Assembly (NCBI RefSeq): GCF_006345805.1
Contig: NC_043019.1
Span: 19,405,360-19,469,359 of the forward strand
Direction of reading: 5' to 3'
Source of the DNA: Octopus sinensis
Lineage: Eukaryota
DNA length: 64,000 nt
The position numbers and the translations under genes were made by a program. The notes under the pieces were generated by a model. It was not told where the DNA came from. It did no database searches and was given only the letters and a program-made list of their open reading frames with translations. Shown one piece after another: positions 11,754-24,260 of the stretch (the stretch's first letter is position 1; each line of letters begins with the position of its first letter).

Positions 11754-12960
11754 CAGTTTATGAATTCAACACGGTTGACTGAAATCCTCTTCCTTTCGTC
11801 AAACATATAAAGTGAAATAAACTTAGAAGCATTGAAGAGAGAAAATGAAATAAATAAATGATGTCAAAGAAACGCATGCATAAACAAAGCCCTTTCAGAA
11901 ATCCTAAAACAGGGGTTCTCAACCATTTGTTGTCTATGGACCCCTTCGATTACAATTTCATTCTGGTGGACCCTCATAGCCATTCAATGTTTTATAGAAA
12001 CTTCTTTCCAAATTCCTATTTTGCTTTTCCCGCATCAGCTTGTATCGTTTGCACAATGTCAAATGTTAGAGAAGGAAACCTTGCTGTTTCTTGCAATACA
12101 AACATCGAAAGCAAATTTGTTTCAGGGGCCCATAAAAGACTATTGTGGATCCCCAATTTACTATTTTGTTATGTGCCCCCCCCCCGAAAAATCCTTATAT
12201 GGCCCCTTAGGGGCCATATTGACCCTGGTTGAGAACCACTGATCTAAAAGCTATAAGAACCAGAGGGGGACTGGGATCAGTGTCATAATTAAGTGTAATT
12301 AATTAAATGTAATAATTAATTAACCACTTCTGCTAAAAACTCTTCTGTGAAAATTTGAAGTCATTAACATTGTGACTAAGAAAGGCAGAAAGCTGGCAGA
12401 ATTGTTGGCATATTGGACGAAAAAGCCTAACAGTTCTTCCATTTCTGAGTTCAAATTCTGCTGAGGCCAGGATTAGAGGACACACGGACACACACACACA
12501 CTAACATATAAATATAACAGGAGCTGACAATGTCGATATTGCTTGGCCAAGACAGCAAGGATTGGGAAGAACTTGCTTGACTCAGGGTCCTTCTTAAACT
12601 CCCAAAAGTCAGATGGTTAGTGCCCTCATGAGAGGAAATTCATGTTGAAAATGTGTAATTCCCCACCTGCAGCTGAGCAAACAAAAGCACTCAGGTGCCG
12701 ACCAATTTTAGAAACAACTGCAAGTAACCAAAGGGAAATAACTCTATTTTGACCAGAAGAGATGTCATAAGGTAGAATTTCATTTCAGAGTTTTTTCACA
12801 GCCTCTGGCCAATGAGTCTGAAAAGTCACCTGTTCCACTAAGAACTTTATAGGAACAAAACCAATGGTAACTTCCTGACTGACCATAACCAATAACAATA
12901 TCAATTATTACTTCACTAAGTTTTAGAATGTACCTCTCTTCAGACTTAAGAACTACAGAT
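10839..12960. repeat. Inverted repeat pair of about 170 bp (10839-11010 / 12790-12960)
   Basis: The arms are near-identical reverse complements with a few substitutions. Both abut TG/CA microsatellites on the outside. Confidence 0.9.
11910..12241. mobile_element. hAT-type MITE
   Basis: TIRs CAGGGGTTCTCAACCA / TGGTTGAGAACCACTG. 8-bp flanks TCCTAAAA / ATCTAAAA form an imperfect TSD. Confidence 0.8.
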
Positions 12961-12979
12961 TGATTAATACATACACATG

Positions 12980-13026
<47 letters not shown>

Positions 13027-13029
13027 TAT

Positions 13030-14700
13030 ATAAAATCCGTTCTGTCTGGCAGTGATCATGCTCAGATGGTGCTTTCAACGTTCCACTGGCATGAGTGCCA
13101 ATCAGGCGGTACTGTCATCGCCCATGTCAACGATTTTGATTTCACTTGCCTCAACAGGTCTTCACAAGTAAAGTTTATTGTCCAATGAATGAGAGGTATT
13201 CATAAGTGGGCTGGTTACACCCACTGGCATAGGTCATGGGCTATGGTCTCACTTGTCCTGCCGGGTCTTCTCAAGCACAGCATATCTCCAAAGGTCTTGG
13301 TCACTAGTCATTGCCTCGGTGAAGCTGTGTTTAACCCTTTAGTGTTCAGATTACTCTGTTAAATGTAATAATTTTTCACTCAAATTGTTTTGAATTAATC
13401 ATACATTATCTTATAGCTTTGAGGTTTCAATGATGTGATTGTTTGTTTTTAGAATATCAATGTAGGTTAGGTGTGAGAGGCTAGATATCGCCCGTTTGAA
13501 TGTAAAACATGTAGAATATCTGGGCCAGATATGGCCAGTTTAAACACTACAGGGTTAAAGATCATGCTTCACCACCTCATCTCAAGTCTTCCTGGGTCTC
13601 CTTCTTCTACAGGTTCCCTCAACAGCTAGGGTGTGACAATTTTTCACACAGCTGTCCTCATCCATATGCAACACATGACCATACCAGTGCAGTCGTCTCT
13701 CTTGCACACCACATCTGATGCTTCTTAAGTCCAACAATTCTCTCAAAGTACTAACACTCTGTCGAGTATGCACACTGACATTATGCATCCATCGGATCAT
13801 ACTGGCTTCATTCCTTGTGAGCTTACGCATGTCCTCAGCAGTTACGGCCCGTGTTTCACTGCCATGTAGCATACCTGTTCATACACATGCGTCATACCGT
13901 CTACCTTTTACTCTGAGCGAGAGGCCCTTTGTCACTAGCAGAGGTAGGAGCTCTCTGAACTTTGCCCAAGCTATTCTTATTCTAGCAGCTACACTTTCAG
14001 CACACCCACCCCCGCTACTGACTTGGTCACCTAGGTAACGGAAGCTATCAACTACTTCTAGTTTTTCTCCCTGGAAAGTGACGGAAGTTGTTCTCTGCAC
14101 ATTTTCAGTGTTTATTGCTCCCGAGCATCTGCCACATACAAAAACTATCTTCCCAGTTAGCCTTCCTTTGACATTGCTGCACCTCTTATGTGTCCATAGC
14201 TTACACTGGGTATATCTTATGGAGTTTCTATCTACCTATGTCTTTTCTACAGATCATGCAGGGCCATCTACCTGAAGGGATTTGTGGTTTGCCTGCCTTC
14301 CTACTTATTAAGACTTTGGCTATAGCTAGGTTGACTCTAAGGCCCTTCGATTCTAATCCTTGCTTCCACACCTGAAACTTTTCCTCTAGTTCTGGTAGTG
14401 ACTGAGCAATTAGAGCAAGGTCATCAGCATAGAGGAGCTCCCAGGGACAACCTGTCTTGAATTCCTCTGTTATTGCCTGGAGGACTATGATGAAGAAGAA
14501 GGGGCTGAGGACTGATCCTTGGTGGACTCCTACCCCTACTCGGAATTCTTCACTGTACTTGTTGCCAACCCTCACTTTACTGACAGCATCCCTGTACATG
14601 GCTTGCACAGCTCTCACTAACCATTCATTTATCCCTAGTTTCCTCATTGACCATCAGATAAGGGATCGGGGGACCCTGTCAAAGGCTACCTTTGTTTTGA
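13030..14700 (-). mobile_element. RTE-clade LINE 3' portion (RT, PHD insert, tail), interrupted by a piggyBac-type MITE
   Basis: ORFs 14228-14647 (GVHQGSVLSP, LLYADDL), 13879-14100 and 13582-13872 are frameshifted pieces of RTE ORF2. Confidence 0.9.
13335..13554. mobile_element. piggyBac-type MITE
   Basis: TTAA|CCCTTTAGTGTT ... AACACTACAGGG|TTAA termini. Confidence 0.8.
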
Positions 14701-14935
14701 CATCATCTGATGGTAGTTTCTAGTCATCTGTGTAAAACATCTCTGGCTTTGGTTAAAAAGTTTACCTTCCTTGAAAGGGTTTGTGACTGGAAGAGTATCC
14801 AGTTGTAAAAAATCTGCCTCAAGAAATTCTGTCTGAATCCAGCAAGTATAGAAAAGTGAATGATGATGATGATGATGTAGTTTTTATGTTGATGCAGTAC
14901 CAAGATCCTCTGCTTTTATTTCTTTGAATTTCTAG

Positions 14936-15080
14936 GTGATGCATACAGCTCTAAGACTGGTTGACACTTTTGGTCCTGTGAAAGCTTTCTCAACTCTATG
15001 GGAAATGTACCCAAGACTACCATCAGAAAAGCAAATTTCTTTATTCCACATTTTCTTGAGCTTAAGAGTAAAGTATCCAG
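14936..15080 (+). CDS. Host gene coding exon 3 (phase 0-1): VMHTALRLVDTFGPVKAFSTLWEMYPRLPSEKQISLFHIFLSLRVKYP
   Basis: TTTCTAG acceptor, CAG|GTAAGT donor, 145 nt open. It bridges the phases of its neighbours and is missed by the ORF track. Confidence 0.8.
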
Positions 15081-15284
15081 GTAAGTTATATACCCTACAC
15101 GTGGAAGATTGACTAATGTTACTCAAGTAAAACTTGAGCCACATTCTAGGTCACATGTGTACTGCTCCTCTTGTACCTGGGACAGTATTGCTCTTACATA
15201 CATACAAAATGGTACCTGGTGATGGAAGAGAAACTTCACAGCTAATTACATATACATGTATGGACAATAAACATTAAATGATGA

Positions 15285-15320
<36 letters not shown>

Positions 15321-15719
15321 TTGAGGGAATATTATTCCAAACTTACAGGGAAAAATTCAATTTAGAAATACTAAATCAAATTTCACAAAATTTACTATAT
15401 ATATAAATTAGAAAAAACACCTTTTATCAATTCAAAATGAACAATTAAATTACACCATCTAGAAAATTACATATAACAGAAATATTAAATATAAGATAAA
15501 AAATATAACGATGATTAAGTAATGTGCAAAATAATAAATAAAACATATATATTTGGTAGAATAACGACATGTGTTTTGTGGCTATGTTTAAGAAATGATT
15601 GTAGTAAAAATTATTCAATATAAATATAGCCACTCATCAGGTTAAAGATAACTACAATAAAAAATAATTAATTAATAAAAATACGTATATATATATATAC
15701 CAGACCATATATATATACC

Positions 15720-18700
15720 AGACCACCACCACAGCAAACAGACCCAGGATGGACACCACCGGCAACAACGTACACCTCACCTTGATGCTCCTACTGAACA
15801 TCAGAGGACTGCAAACACTCAGTAACAGGACAAAAATCCCGTTCCTGAGAGATTTTGTTGCATGCAATCAAGCCTTATGCATAGCACTAACGGAAACGCA
15901 CCTGAAACCGGATATAGCAGATGCGGAGTTACACATACCACAGTATGCTGTACTACGGACCGACAGGAAAGAAAGGAGTCATGGAGGTGTTGCTATGTAC
16001 ATCCGTGAGGACCTCACACCCCAGGTCCTCTTGTCATACTCAAACTCGGTGTGTGACACACTAATTGTACATATTAGGCAACTTAATGTAGTTGTGTGTG
16101 CTACATATCGCCCTCCAATTGCCCCAAGCCATGTGGGCAAGTTTGAAGACTGCCTTATAAAAATAGAAGAAGTTCTAACCACATTAGAACAACACATAAG
16201 TGTACTTCTCATGGGAGACTTCAATCTACCCAATGTCAGATGGCCCGAGGGCCTTTCTCTCCCAGGAATGACAAGATGTGAACGAGGACAGGCGAGGTCC
16301 CTCCTGAACCTCATCAACACCCTGTACATGGAGCAGGTAATACTCCAACCAACCAGGGCAGGTAACACACTGGATCTCTGCTTCACAAATGACATGGATC
16401 TCATCCATAATGTGAAAGTGACACCGACACTACTCTCGGATCACAACATGATAGAGCTGACCATGTATGGGCCAAAAGAGAGCACAGACATGCAGCCTAC
16501 AAGAAACCCCCAGAATCTTTCCAGCTTGAACTACCATAAGGCAAACTGGAAACAAATTGAGAAAGAGATCCTCAAACAAAACTGGCCTAAATGTCTCTCC
16601 TCGCCAGACATCGACGTGAAACTTCAACAATTCATGTCTGTAATGCAAGCCATATGCTACAAATATGTCCCAGAGAGAAAGGCCACTGTACACAAGAACA
16701 AAATCCCCAGAGAGAGGAAAATTCTAATGAGACGGCGTACAAAATTTTCAAATCGCCTAAACAAACAGATTGAAAGCAGTGAAAAGTCCCGCCTAAAAAT
16801 AAAACTGTTGGAAATCGAAAAATGTCTGAAACTCTCCCATGAAAAGGAAAGAGCAGACAAAGAAGCCTGGACTATAGACAACATAAAATCTAACCCCAGA
16901 GCTTTCTACAGGTATGCCAAAGAAACAGCTACGGTGCACTGTAGAATAGGGCCACTCCTCGAAAAGGATGGCACACTTACAGGAAAACCAATGAGGGTAA
17001 GTGAAATACTGAATGAGCAATTCAAGAGTGTTTTCACTCCACCCCTTGGGCATCTCCAAATCACCAATCCAACTGACTTTTTTACCACTGCAGATATAAA
17101 ATCAGAGGCGGCGACGATAGATTACATCGATATAAAGGAAGACGATGTAATCAAGGCTATAGATGAAATGAAAACAGACTCAGCTACTGGCCCCGATGGA
17201 TTCCCGGCAATCCTCCTAAAAGCATGTAAGAGAGTCCTAGCAAGACCACTGCAGTTCCTCTTTCAGAGCTTCCTTGCAGCTGGCAAACTTCCAAGAAAAC
17301 TGAAGGAAGGTAAAATATGCCCCATTCATAAAGGTGGTAGCAGAGCGGAAGCCAAGAACTATAGACCTATCTCTCTGACCTCACACATCAGCAAGGTCAT
17401 GGAACGAATAGTCAGAAGGAAGCTGATCACCTTCCTTGAAGAAAATGACTTGCTGCCCGACACCCAACATGGTTTCCGACCAGGGAGAAGCTGTTTAACT
17501 CAGCTCCTACAACACTATGACTGGGTGCTGAAACGGCTGCTCAACCACTCAAATGTGGAAGTGATATATCTCGACTTTGCAAAGGCCTTTGATAAAGTCG
17601 ATCATGGAATGATATGTCACAAACTGCGTGATCTCAACATAGTTGGAAAACTGGGAGAATGGCTTCATGACTTTCTGAAAGATAGAAGTCAGGTGGTAGT
17701 GGCCAATGGGGCCACTTCCATTAACACGCAAATAGTGAGCGGTGTTCCGCAGGGCACTGTTCTGGGACCACTATTGTTCATAATGGCCCTCTCAGACATG
17801 CCCTCAGCCACGCAGAGAGCCACGATCACAAGTTATGCAGATGATACAAAAGTTTCACAGGCAATACAGAACCCTGAGGACACTAAACACCTGCAATGTG
17901 AGCTGGACAAAATATACAAGTGGGCCGAAAAGAATAGCATGCAGTTCAATGCTGAAAAGTTTCAAGCTCTACACTATCAGCATGCAAAACTAAATGCAAT
18001 ACCCAATGAATACACTGGACCCGGAGGAATAGCAATCCCAGAGGCACAATCAGTGCGTGACCTAGGTATTTACATGAGTGATGACGCGACCTTTCGTGTA
18101 CATGTTGCTAAATTGGCAATGAAATGTAGACGACTGGCCGGATGGATCCTCAGAACCTTTAGAACAAGAGAACAAGAAACCATGATGGTCCTCTGGAGGA
18201 CACTTGTCCTAAGCCACTTTGACTACTGCTCTCAGTTATGGTCACCATCCAGTGTCAAGTTGATCACAGAGCTCGAGGCGATCCAACGTAGCTACACAAA
18301 GAAGATAGCCTCTATGCAGAATGTAAGTTACTGGGAAAGACTCAGGAAATTAAAATTATATTCCCTGGATCGTAGGCGGGAAAGATATGCCATAATATAC
18401 ATCTGGAAGATCCTGGAGGGAAGTGTCCTGAACTTTGGCATCGAGAGTTACGCAAATGCCAGAACTGGGCGCCACTGCGTGGTGCCTAGGACTCCAAACT
18501 TGCCATCAAGATGTAGGACAAGATTCTGTGATAGCCTGGGCTTCCGAGGCCCACAGCTCTTCAATATCCTCCCGAAGAACCTGAGAGACCTGCATGGGGT
18601 GGATACAGATGTCTTTAAAATGAAGCTGGATCTCTTCTGTCAGGTGTCCCAGATGAACCAACTTCACGGCAGGAGGGGCAGATGAGGGCAGCTGCATCGA

Positions 18701-18832
18701 ACTCTCTCATGCACCAAATAGCAGCTGCTAGAAAGCCTTCATGAAGATGAAACCAAGTAGCACAACACCAAATGGCGGTGCCCCAGCATGGCCACAGCTC
18801 ATAAGCTGAAACTGGAAAAAAAAAATCAATAA
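15720..18832 (+). mobile_element. CR1/L2-group LINE, 5'-truncated at the ORF2 start, with AATC-type tail
   Basis: Homology to the 49.6-53.2 kb copy begins at about 15720. 3' UTR ends ...GCTGAAACTGG-A(n)-TCAATAAATC. Confidence 0.95.
15749..18685 (+). CDS. LINE ORF2: APE endonuclease plus reverse transcriptase (978 aa)
   Basis: EN motifs ALTETHL, GGV, GDFN, LDL, SDH. RT motifs LDFAKAFD, GVPQGTVLGP, YADD, DLG. A 1-bp loss after DLF shifts roughly the last 40 codons relative to sister copies. Confidence 0.95.
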   Translation: MDTTGNNVHLTLMLLLNIRGLQTLSNRTKIPFLRDFVACNQALCIALTETHLKPDIADAELHIPQYAVLRTDRKERSHGGVAMYIREDLTPQVLLSYSNSVCDTLIVHIRQLNVVVCATYRPPIAPSHVGKFEDCLIKIEEVLTTLEQHISVLLMGDFNLPNVRWPEGLSLPGMTRCERGQARSLLNLINTLYMEQVILQPTRAGNTLDLCFTNDMDLIHNVKVTPTLLSDHNMIELTMYGPKESTDMQPTRNPQNLSSLNYHKANWKQIEKEILKQNWPKCLSSPDIDVKLQQFMSVMQAICYKYVPERKATVHKNKIPRERKILMRRRTKFSNRLNKQIESSEKSRLKIKLLEIEKCLKLSHEKERADKEAWTIDNIKSNPRAFYRYAKETATVHCRIGPLLEKDGTLTGKPMRVSEILNEQFKSVFTPPLGHLQITNPTDFFTTADIKSEAATIDYIDIKEDDVIKAIDEMKTDSATGPDGFPAILLKACKRVLARPLQFLFQSFLAAGKLPRKLKEGKICPIHKGGSRAEAKNYRPISLTSHISKVMERIVRRKLITFLEENDLLPDTQHGFRPGRSCLTQLLQHYDWVLKRLLNHSNVEVIYLDFAKAFDKVDHGMICHKLRDLNIVGKLGEWLHDFLKDRSQVVVANGATSINTQIVSGVPQGTVLGPLLFIMALSDMPSATQRATITSYADDTKVSQAIQNPEDTKHLQCELDKIYKWAEKNSMQFNAEKFQALHYQHAKLNAIPNEYTGPGGIAIPEAQSVRDLGIYMSDDATFRVHVAKLAMKCRRLAGWILRTFRTREQETMMVLWRTLVLSHFDYCSQLWSPSSVKLITELEAIQRSYTKKIASMQNVSYWERLRKLKLYSLDRRRERYAIIYIWKILEGSVLNFGIESYANARTGRHCVVPRTPNLPSRCRTRFCDSLGFRGPQLFNILPKNLRDLHGVDTDVFKMKLDLFCQVSQMNQLHGRRGR

Positions 18833-19027
18833 ATCTTATATTTAATATTTCTATTATATGTAATTTTCTAGATGGTGTAATTTAATTTTTTCATTTTGAA
18901 TTGATAAAAGGTGTTTTTTTCTAATTTATATATATATTATATTTTGTGAAATTTGATTTAGTATTTCTAAATTGAATTTTTCCCTGTAAGTTTGGAATAA
19001 TATTCCCTCAAATTATTATTATTTATT

Positions 19028-19059
<32 letters not shown>

Positions 19060-20165
19060 TATATTAGATGCAAGCTATGTAATTACCCGGGGCAAGCTGG
19101 GTAATTACATAGATCTATCAGTGGTAATTTTACACATTACATGTAGAAGATAATGAGGTGCATAATAATAGCTGGCCCATTCTCTGATAAGCTCTTTATA
19201 CAGAATTTTCTGAACAAGCATCTTAGAAATTTAATGTTTCTCTTTGTCAAATTGTCAAATCTGTTAAAAAGGTTCACAAACGGTGTTGAGTTGGCATAAT
19301 TCTGCAGAATCAAGAAAAGGTTATCACAAATTCTTACTTAACACCTTGGAAAATACATGTCAGTATTCAGTGAAAACTTGTAATTGGAATTAAGGCTTAA
19401 AACCTTAAGTTTGTCTATTAAATCAATTATTTCAGTGATGTTCATAATTATCCTATATTCATCAAGATGCTGGAAACAAAGAAAACAAAATATTAAAGAC
19501 AATAACAAGGGCCTCATCAACTCCCATTATCAACCCAGTCTTCTGTTCCTGCTGTAGTTGACAGTTGGAGTAAACTATATTATCCATGGATTGTTCTGTA
19601 TGGAATCCACGTTTACTTGCAAGCAGAATTCTTTATGCAAGAATTAGCTGAAACTAAGGAAACATTACACTTGTAGATATCTGAAGAATAAAGACTACCA
19701 ACTTTCTATGTCTCTGCTCTTATTTTCAATCTCCGTCTTAGAGAACTTAATCCATTATAGGCATTATAGTGTGCTCCTGTCGCTGTAGTTCCCTGCATTC
19801 AAAATGCCCCATTTTACTGTCAGGAACCCAGGGATAATTTCTGTTAAATTATAAAAGCTGGCTGAATCGTTCGCATGCCTGGCAAAATGCTCAGCAGTAT
19901 TTTGTCTGGCTTTACTTTCTGAGTTCAAATACCACCAAGGTCAGCTTTACCTTTCATCCTTTTGGGGTCGATTAAATAAGTACCAGTTGTTCACTTGGGC
20001 TTATGTAATTGACTTATCCCTCCCTCAGAATTGCTGGCCTTGTGCCAGAATTTGTCCTGACCTGCAATGAAAATAGAACTCGGTCCTAATTTGTATAAAC
20101 TTTGGAGTTTTGGGGGAGATTAACAATATTGCCTTTGTATTTTGATTTTGTTCTCTCTCTCACAG

Positions 20166-20492
20166 GTACTTTAGTATTTGATGAAGAAGAACTGTTCTTA
20201 CCACACAATGGATTGCTATATTTTCACAAAAATCAAGAATGGATTTTACTTGCCTATCTGATTATTGGCATCCAAGACTATCCTGACTCTCTGTTCCATC
20301 AGATGGCATGTTTTGAAGACACATCCGATCTAACGTTGGTGGAAATATTGCAAGAATATTCTTTGAATATTCCTCCACACATTGATTTGTTAATTGAAAA
20401 AATTTTGGTCAATGGTGCCCCCTGTGAGTACTTATGTGCTTACAGGAAAGCACCTGCACTTCATGTTGCTGCAGAGATTGCTACTGTTTCAG
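20166..20492 (+). CDS. Host gene coding exon 4 (phase 1-1), ankyrin-like end ILVNGA..PALHVAA
   Basis: CACAG acceptor, CAG|GTGAGG donor, lies inside ORF 20102-20521. Confidence 0.85.
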
Positions 20493-21413
20493 GTGAGGAA
20501 TTAGAAAATTCATTCTTGTAAAAGTTTCTCTTTTCTAGAAATGCAGAAAGGCTTTTTACAACTGATGACTTAATAAATTCTACATTTGAAAACATATTTT
20601 GTTTTGTTATGAAGGAATATTTCTGTTCAAAACCCAGACTAAGAAGGCAAAATGATGATAGGTTAACAAAGTGGAATGTCCAAAACTATTATTCTCTGTT
20701 TGAATATTTTAATGACCTCTAACGATGAAATGAAAATTTAAAAATTTGATGTCAACAGTAACCAACATTCAAACTGTTATAACAAGCAAGATATAATGTA
20801 TAAATGAGAAACTATTGCAACGTATACAGTATAATGTAAAGTGGGTGAATTGTTATAACATGTGAGGTATAATGTATAGAGGGACAGGCTGTGACAACAA
20901 TAAACTTGTGACAGTCAAAGATTTACTTGTAATTACTGAAAGAGTATAGCTTAATGAAGTTGTTATTAAAGATCTTAATAGAAAATTCCAACTTCATTTC
21001 GGTAGCAGCCGAGATACTGTTTAAACGATGAGGATTGTTTATATATAATGTGCTGTTAAAGGAGTAAATGTAACAGGTTGATGGTACAACCATTCATTTC
21101 TGATGTAGCCAGTGTAAAAAGACCTCCATGGTGTAGAGTGAGTAAAAACGAGAGATGGTAATTATGAAATTCATTTTGCAGCAGATGGAGTAATTTAATA
21201 TTCAAAGTTAAGATTTTTAAGCCAAATATCATCATCATCATTTTAATGTCTGTTGTCTATGCTGGCGTGGGTTGGACAGTTTGACCAGGGTTGGCAAGTT
21301 GGAAGGCTGCTTTCTACGACTGGATGCCCTTCCTAATACCATCTACTCTGAGAGTGTAATGAGTGCTAAATATGTTTTCATGTATGCAATTTGCTTCCAT
21401 TGCACTTTTTCAG

Positions 21414-21626
21414 GACAGTTCCAGACATTTTCTTATGTTCTCCAATGGGCAAGTACTTCAAGGAACCAACTGGATGCAACAGACAGAAATAAACAAACAG
21501 CTTTTGAAAGGATTTGTGATTTGGTTGATGACCACCCATCACACAGTAAAAAAGTATTGACACTACTGCTGAATGAGGATTGTCGGTTACCCCACAATAC
21601 ATCTGAGAGCTGCCGTAAGATTCCTG
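21414..21626 (+). CDS. Host gene coding exon 5 (phase 1-1), ankyrin-like LDATDRNKQTAFE
   Basis: TTTTTCAG acceptor, TG|GTAAAC donor, lies inside ORF 21272-21823. Confidence 0.8.
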
Positions 21627-23469
21627 GTAAACAAGATTTTTTATTACTAAATATTCTAGTTTCTTTTAGTTTAGATTTGTTTAATCTTTGTATTCTTTCC
21701 ATAAATTTTGAGCGTTGGAGAAATACTTTTTACAGCTTAGTCAAGTGTTGTTCAACTTGTGCATCTGCAGGTCAAGATCTTTTGGAAATAAATTCCTGGT
21801 GGTTCATTCTGTTAGAAAAATGATTGGATTAAGTAATAAGTGCAAGGTGTCAAGGGGGAAATGATGTGGCACAGTTGACTGGACCTTCAGTCTGTTTTGG
21901 CAACAGCACTTTTTAGTGCTGGAAGCAAAGACACACATGTGCAGAGAGAGAGAGAGAGAGAGACACACACACACACACTACCATTTCATATACATAAAGA
22001 GAATCATGCTCACATGCAAGGAGAGAGAGAGAGACATTAGACTGTCAGATGTCATTTAAATCTGTGATGAATTGGTGACACCAAAATGACTGCTTCTGTT
22101 TGTGGACCAACGGTAGGTATATACATTAGTGAGTTTTGCCAATCATGTAGGGGCCTTCTTTTGTGTTTGTAAGGGTTAGGGTTTTACAACTGCAAATACC
22201 AATTCACGCCATATTATTCATGTAATTTTATTTTTACTCCATTTCCTATTATTAACGAGAATCTAAACCAGGCACCCATTTAATTCTTCTCTGTTCACCC
22301 TGGGGTTGGACAGGCTTAATTATATGAACAGTCTCAGGGGTTAAGACGCTCATTTTGCAACCATGTGGTTTCTTGTTCAGTTCCACTGCATTGTACTTTG
22401 ATCCAGTGTCTGTTTCCTACTATAGTGAGTGAATTTGGTAGATGGAAACTGTGTGGAAGCCTGTTTAATGTCAATGATTCATATATGTATGTGTGTGTGT
22501 GTGTGTGTGTTCCCTACTACCACATGACAACTGGTTTATGTCCCTGTAGCTTACCAGCTAAGCAAGGGAAGCCAATAGGGTTCAATTTGTTTTGGCTAAA
22601 CCCTTTCTAGCCAATGCCCCAGCATGGTTGCTATCCAATGACTAAAACAAGTGAAAAATAAAAAGATGGCCATTAGTCAGATGTCGTCTTTTTGAGCCTC
22701 ATTTGAACTGCTTAGGATGCAGCTGTTTTGAACCAGTTATGTGAAGCTGTACTCAGAGTCCTCACTTTGAGAGCTTCTCATTTACAAATTAACATCTTTA
22801 TGAAGATTTTCTGTGACCATAAAGGATTATTTTTTTTACCACTTTTTAAAAATATTTGCATGTAGATTTGGCTGCTTTCTGTGTGGCACCTGGAGTAAGT
22901 TCTTCTACTATAATCTCAGACCAACCAAAGTCTTGTGAGTGGATTTGGTAGATGGAAACTGAAAGATGTCCTTCATGTGTTTGTGTTGACAACTGGTACT
23001 GGTGTGTTTATATCCCTGTAACTGAGCAGTTCAGCAAAAGAGACTGACGAAATAAGTACCAGGTTTAGAAAACGTATTTGGGTTGATTCTACTAAAAATT
23101 CATTCGAGGCAGTGCCCCAGCATGGCCAAACACTGATTACTGACACAAGTAAAAGATGTAAATCAATAAATGCTGCTTTCAGCTAAGCTAAAGGCCAAAT
23201 TACATTAACAAGAATCAGCAACTTCACTCCCCCCCCCTTCTTTTTTTCTTGTTCCAAAATCTTTGCTTCAGACCAATCTACCATTCTGTTGTCAACAAGC
23301 AAATGACAACGAGGCAGCTTTCACTTTCGTTAGTTACAGCTTGTTTCTTTCTTGTGTATACTTCTTGCTTTGTGTTGCTAGGCAACAAGATTCTTGCTAC
23401 TGTTAGACAAAATGTTATTCGTAGGTAATTTGGGAGTGCTGATGCCGAATCTGCAATCATTTCTGCTCC

Positions 23470-24260
23470 AGCACGTCACGTTCTTGCACTACCATTATAC
23501 TACTACTACAAAAATTACAATAATGTGAAAATTCATGACAAATAAAATGAATGTTATATTCAGCGTAAACTAGCGTTATTTGGTAAAAGAACAATAGCAG
23601 CTGGGTGGACAAGTAGCTCTGACACTCATAAAGCCCAAAACAAAAGTGTAAAGTGAATATTCTATGTTTTTTCAAAAAAAGCTTTGGCGTCGTCTTTTAC
23701 GCTTGTGTTTCTTGTCTGTTTCTCGTTCTAAAAACCAGCAGTGGAACCCCGCCAGCATGTCTGGTGTAAGTCTGCCCCTGTAGCGGCTTTTTTGTTCTTT
23801 GATTTCTTGATGAAATCGTTCACCATGCTCATCACTTACATCACCCTTACTGGGTGGATAAAAGTCAAGATGAGAGTGGAGGAAATGAATTTTTAGAGAC
23901 ATTCTTGCCCCAACTTGCTTATAAGCTTTCAAAAAATCATTCACAATTGCAACGTAGATGATTTTTCATTTCCTAAAAAATTTTTTACAAGAGAAATAAA
24001 CTTTTCCCAAGCAGTTTTCTCTATTGGGCTTAATTTTTCTTGAAAAGGCTCTTCACAAATTATTGTACGAATTTCTGGTCCATTAAAAACTCCAGCTTTG
24101 ATCTCAACTTCACTCTTGCTAGAAACAAATTTTTCACTGAGATATTTGAATCCTTCATTGTCTTCGTTCATGGCCTTAACAAAATTCTTAAACAAGTCAA
24201 GTTTAATGTGTAAGAGAGGATGGTAAATTTTCTGAGGGTCAACTAAAGGGATATAGTTAA
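23470..24260 (-). mobile_element. Chapaev3-like (CMC) DNA transposon, transposase C-terminal remnant
   Basis: KNFVKAM..GFKYL..GVFNGPEIR and MSLKIHFLHSHLDF..VSDEHGERFHQEI..RYRG..ML..CW motifs, frameshifted. Family assigned from remembered motifs, and the boundaries are approximate. Confidence 0.7.

Larger units (their letters stand above)
15320..19012. repeat. Inverted arms of about 180 bp (15320-15497 / 18833-19012) enclosing the LINE
   Basis: TTTGAGGGAATATTATTCCAAACTTACAGGG... on the left is the reverse complement of ...CCCTGTAAGTTTGGAATAATATTCCCTCAAA on the right. Outer (AAT)n and (TA)n runs mirror each other. Confidence 0.9.

Noticed and set aside
19204-19300. Possible exon after TATACAG (NFLNKHLRNLMF..)
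   Set aside because: No convincing donor, and a phase-0 start is incompatible with the phase-1 junction between 15080 and 20166.
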